From a virus, in the IMG/VR virus record IMGVR_UViG_3300047557_004034, positions 81,699 to 145,698 of that record: a stretch of 64,000 nt of DNA; one strand, given 5' to 3'. The translations under genes were made by a program, and so were the position numbers. Shown here piece after piece: positions 60,365-64,000 of this stretch. Below the pieces are notes generated by a model. The model saw only the letters and a program-made list of their open reading frames with translations, ran no database searches and was not told the origin of the DNA. Each line of letters starts with the position of its first letter. The stretch's first letter is position 1.

Positions 60365-60436
60365 GGCCTCGTCGTCTAATGGTTAGGACGCTACCCTTTC
60401 ACGGTAGAGATTTCAGTTCGACTCTGTGCGAGGCTA
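60365..60436 (+). tRNA. tRNA-Glu (UUC), CCA not encoded
   Basis: Acceptor GGCCTCG/CGAGGCT, D-arm GTCTAATGGTTAGGAC, anticodon arm CTACC-CTTTCAC-GGTAG, T-loop TTCGACT. Confidence 0.9.
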
Positions 60437-60560
60437 CTTATTTGACTTAATTATTTTTTTATCCTATATTTTAAATGTTCACGAAAACTACAATACTTAA
60501 AATTAGGAGAATTCCTTTATGAACTATACGACCTCGAAAACTTTGGAGCTTCGGATACTT

Positions 60561-60592
60561 AAACCCCTTGACGCTTAGTCTCGGGGTTTTTT
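60561..60592 (+). terminator. Terminator/attenuator hairpin in the TBDR leader
   Basis: AAACCCC-TTGACGCTTAGTCTC-GGGGTTT plus U-tract, ending about 26 nt before the TBDR ATG. Confidence 0.65.
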
Positions 60593-60618
60593 ATTATAAA
60601 CAAATAAACAAAACAAAC

Positions 60619-63600
60619 ATGAAAAAAGCAATCTTGATGTCACTTTTATCCTTTATCGTGACACTCACGTCTTTCGGGCAGATTACAACTTCTACCCTGG
60701 CTGGCGTTGTTAAAAATGAAAAAGGAGAGGTTCTTGCAGGAGCTTCTGTTCATGCGGTTCACCAACCAACAGGTTCGGAGTACCGTTCACAAACGAACAA
60801 AAATGGTGTTTACACTATTCCTGCTGTACGTCCAGGTGGTCCTTACGTTATTCACGTATCTTTTGTTGGTTACAAAAAGAAAGAACTAAATGACATCAAC
60901 ACTCAGTTGGGTGTGACAAGTGATGTTGACGTAGTTCTTGAATTGGACAGCAAAACTATGGATGGAGTAACAGTCATCGGTAGTCGTAACAATCTTTTCT
61001 CCAAAGACAGGACGGGTGCTGCTCAACAATTTACACGTAGAGAGTTGACCACAATTCCTATCACTGGTGCAAGAACAATCGATGGAATTACAAAGTACAA
61101 CCCATTCGGTAATGGTTCATCATTCGGAGCTCAAGACTCTCGTTTGAATAACTTTACTATTGACGGTTCTCAGTTCAATAACAACTTCGGTTTGGGTTCT
61201 TCGGCTCAAGCAGGTGGTAGAACTGGCGCTTCCGCAATTTCATTGGATGCGATAGACCAACTTCAGGTGAACATTGCACCATTTGACATCCGTCAAAGTG
61301 GGTTCAACGGAGCTGGTATTAACGCAGTAACTCGTTCAGGTTCAAATGATATTGAGGGTTCTCTTTATCAAACACAAAGAAATAATAGTTCTCGCTATGT
61401 TGGTAATAACGCAAGAGGAACTAAAGTAACCGCATCAAAGTTTGATGAAGAGGTTCTTGGTTTCCGTTTGGGTATGCCAATAATCAAGAACAAATTATTC
61501 TTGTTTGGAAACTACGAACAAATTACAAGAACAGAACCAGGTACAACTTGGATTTCAGATGGTTCACCTCTTACAGGTTCTCAAATCAGTCGTGTTAAGT
61601 ATTCAGACATGAAAACACTTTCTGATTTCATGAAAGAAAAATTTAATTATGTAACGGGTCCATGGGAGGGGTATTCCAATCAAAACTCCTCTAAGAAATT
61701 TCTCGTTCGCCTTGATTGGAACATCAATGACAAGCACAAACTTACAGCTCGCTACGTTCACCACAATTCTGACGCTGAAATAAACATTTCAAACTCGCAG
61801 TCAGCAGGCGCTGGTAATAGAACAACACAGTTCAATGCAATGTCTTTTCAGAACAGTGGTTACATCATTCAAGATAATACCCGTTCTGCAGTATTGGAAT
61901 TGAATTCAAAGTTCAACAACACACTCTATAATAATTTGATTGTTTCTTATGATAAACAAATCGAAGATAGAGCGTACTTGAGTCCGTTGTTCCCAACTAT
62001 TGATATTAGAGAAGGAGCTGCGACTTATACTTCTGTTGGTTTTGACCCGTTCACTCCAAGTAATAAGTTGAACTATTCAACTTTCAACGTAACAAATAAC
62101 GTTACAAAATATGCTGGAAAGCATACTTTGGTTGGTGGTGTTAATTTCCAAGCATACCAATCGAATAACAATTTTTATCCTGCAGCTAATGGTGTTTATA
62201 TTTTCAATTCTCTCGCTGATTTCTACAAAGCGGCAAATGAAAGTATTGCAAATGGTGGTAAACCATCGGCAACCGCACCTGCAAGATTTCAAATGAGATA
62301 TTCGGCTCTTCCTGGTGGTATTGAACCAATGCAGGTTCTTAAGACTACAAGATTTGACGTTTATGGTCAAGATGAATTCAACGCAACTAAAGACCTTAAA
62401 TTGGTTTTTGGTTTGAGAGCAAATATCATTGCATTTGGTAATACTGCACTAGAAAATCCGAAAATTACAGCAATGAGTTTCGGAGCAGGTAAGAAATTCA
62501 ACACAGGGTTGATGCCAAATACACAGTTCTTAATTGAACCTCGTTTCGGTTTCAACTATGATGTTGCCGGTAAGAAGAAAACACAAATCCGTGGTGGTAG
62601 TGGTGTATTCACCGGTCGTCCTCCTTATGTGTTCTTGTCTAATCAAATTGGAAACAATGGTGTTTTGACAGGATTTATTGATGTGTCAGGTGGAAATGCT
62701 GCAGGATATGGTTTCACAACAAATCCAGCACAATATTTTACACCAGCAACACCAACACTTCCTTCTACATTTGATTTGGCTTTGACTGAGAGAGATTATA
62801 AGTTTCCACAGGTTTGGAAAACAAACTTGGCGGTTGACCAAAAACTTCCTTGGTTAGGTTTGATTGTAAGTGCAGAATATTTGTATAACAGAACAATCAA
62901 CGCGGTTCATTACTACAATGCAAACCTTGAAAATCACACTTCAAGATTGGGTGGTGTTGACCAACGTATGATTTATGCTGGCAACGATGCTGGTGTTAGA
63001 GTAAACGACAACGTGTCTATGGCTGCGGTTCTTACAAACAAGAACGGAGCTTACCATCAGTCACTTACCTTGAAACTTGAAAAACCTGTATCTAAAGGTC
63101 TTTGGGGTTCAATCGCTTGGACAACCGCAGATTCAAAAGATTTCATGAGTGCAGGTTCAATCGCAAGTGGTTCTTGGCAATCAGCAGTTTCTGTAATGGG
63201 CAACAACAGCTTGGTTTTATCTAACTCAGATTTCTTGGTTAGAAACCGTATGGTTGGTTTACTTGGTTATAGAATCGATTATGGAAAGAAATATGGTGGA
63301 GCAACAACAATCACTTTAGGTTATGTCGGTCAACAATCTAATCCATGGTCTTATGTTGTGGCAGGTGACCTAAATGGAGATAGAGTAACAAATAATGACT
63401 TGATTTTTGTTCCGATGAAAGGTTCTGATGTTAAATTTGCACCTTTGACAGTAGGTTCAGGAGCAAGCGCAGTTACTTACACTGAAGCACAACAACAAGA
63501 TGCTTTCGAGAAATTCATTAGTCAAGACCCATATCTTTCTAAAAGAAGAGGTACATATGCAGAAAGAAACGGAAGTATTCTTCCATATCTTCACAGACTT

Positions 63601-63909
63601 GATTTGTCAGTTGCACAAGATGTATTTGTAAAAATCAAAGGACAAAGAAACGCATTCCAAATTCGTCTCGATATTCTTAACTTCACAAATATGTTGAATA
63701 ATGAGTGGGGAGTTTCTCAAAGAGCAACTGCACCACAATTGTTAAATCTTGTTAGTCGTCATCCTGTCACTAATGAGCCTTTCTTCAGATTGGCAACTCA
63801 AAGAGACGCTACAGGTACTTTCTTGGTGAGAGATACATATCAGTTCAATTCTTCTGTATTTGACGTATGGTCGGCTCAGTTAGGTATTAGGTATATTTTT
63901 GGTAAATAA
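60619..63909 (+). CDS. TonB-dependent receptor (Oar-like, N-terminal carboxypeptidase-regulatory-like domain)
   Basis: Signal peptide MKKAILMSLLSFIVTLTSFG/Q, GVV...GEVLAGASV, plug NNFTIDG...SLDAIDQLQV..APFD..Q.GF.GA.INAVTRSG, C-terminal QLGIRYIF. ATG at 60619 preferred. Confidence 0.92.
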   Translation: MKKAILMSLLSFIVTLTSFGQITTSTLAGVVKNEKGEVLAGASVHAVHQPTGSEYRSQTNKNGVYTIPAVRPGGPYVIHVSFVGYKKKELNDINTQLGVTSDVDVVLELDSKTMDGVTVIGSRNNLFSKDRTGAAQQFTRRELTTIPITGARTIDGITKYNPFGNGSSFGAQDSRLNNFTIDGSQFNNNFGLGSSAQAGGRTGASAISLDAIDQLQVNIAPFDIRQSGFNGAGINAVTRSGSNDIEGSLYQTQRNNSSRYVGNNARGTKVTASKFDEEVLGFRLGMPIIKNKLFLFGNYEQITRTEPGTTWISDGSPLTGSQISRVKYSDMKTLSDFMKEKFNYVTGPWEGYSNQNSSKKFLVRLDWNINDKHKLTARYVHHNSDAEINISNSQSAGAGNRTTQFNAMSFQNSGYIIQDNTRSAVLELNSKFNNTLYNNLIVSYDKQIEDRAYLSPLFPTIDIREGAATYTSVGFDPFTPSNKLNYSTFNVTNNVTKYAGKHTLVGGVNFQAYQSNNNFYPAANGVYIFNSLADFYKAANESIANGGKPSATAPARFQMRYSALPGGIEPMQVLKTTRFDVYGQDEFNATKDLKLVFGLRANIIAFGNTALENPKITAMSFGAGKKFNTGLMPNTQFLIEPRFGFNYDVAGKKKTQIRGGSGVFTGRPPYVFLSNQIGNNGVLTGFIDVSGGNAAGYGFTTNPAQYFTPATPTLPSTFDLALTERDYKFPQVWKTNLAVDQKLPWLGLIVSAEYLYNRTINAVHYYNANLENHTSRLGGVDQRMIYAGNDAGVRVNDNVSMAAVLTNKNGAYHQSLTLKLEKPVSKGLWGSIAWTTADSKDFMSAGSIASGSWQSAVSVMGNNSLVLSNSDFLVRNRMVGLLGYRIDYGKKYGGATTITLGYVGQQSNPWSYVVAGDLNGDRVTNNDLIFVPMKGSDVKFAPLTVGSGASAVTYTEAQQQDAFEKFISQDPYLSKRRGTYAERNGSILPYLHRLDLSVAQDVFVKIKGQRNAFQIRLDILNFTNMLNNEWGVSQRATAPQLLNLVSRHPVTNEPFFRLATQRDATGTFLVRDTYQFNSSVFDVWSAQLGIRYIFGK

Positions 63910-63930
63910 AATTTATCAAGTTTATTCTCA

Positions 63931-63960
63931 GACCCCCTTACATTTGTGAGGGGGTTTTTT
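63931..63960 (+). terminator. Intrinsic terminator after TBDR
   Basis: GACCCCCTTAC-ATTT-GTGAGGGGGTT plus U-tract. Confidence 0.85.
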
Positions 63961-64000
63961 GTTAGCCCAAACTTAACACAAAAAATAGGGTCATTTGACC

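Noticed and set aside
60330-60440. Prophage attachment site at tmRNA/tRNA 3' ends
   Set aside because: No integrase and no duplicated 3'-end fragment seen in the window; cannot be excluded beyond it.
1-64000. Stop-codon reassignment, as seen in some large Bacteroidota phages
   Set aside because: Core genes are full length in code 11, coding density is high, and TAA, TAG and TGA all end genes at sensible positions.
63978-64000. GGGTCATT at both window ends suggesting terminal repeats
   Set aside because: Only an 8-nt match; the end copy looks like the start of another hairpin, and the window edges are arbitrary.

Overview
The window is a 64-kb, AT-rich, densely coding segment of a large T4-like (myovirus-type) phage in standard code 11. 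The host is very probably a Bacteroidota member, based on TTTG-N20-TAnnTTTG promoters, a Bacteroidota-type bS21, a DUF4494-like gene, a TonB-dependent receptor and the near absence of Shine-Dalgarno sites. In order it contains: (i) GT25- and GT60-like glycosyltransferases downstream of two Ser/Thr-rich putative virion fibre proteins; (ii) a ~14-kb glycosyltransferase/sugar-modification cluster with dUTPase, exonuclease and PhoH; (iii) a gp55-like sigma factor and baseplate/structural genes; (iv) the head module (major capsid, scaffold, prohead protease, portal, large terminase) with an embedded antisense ribosomal protein bS21; (v) a stress/proteostasis block (kinase-like protein, Hsp20, N-truncated ClpC, peptidases, tmRNA, tRNA-Glu); and (vi) a full-length TonB-dependent receptor behind an attenuator-like leader. 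The strongest leads are a putative phage-encoded mucin-type O-glycosylation system for the virion, a TATTTAT late-promoter regulon that may give leaderless mRNAs, a set of likely protease-processed capsid-cargo proteins, and a translation-control module (bS21, long-tag tmRNA, ClpC, SD-bearing uORF attenuator). All family calls come from motif recognition by eye; no searches were run.
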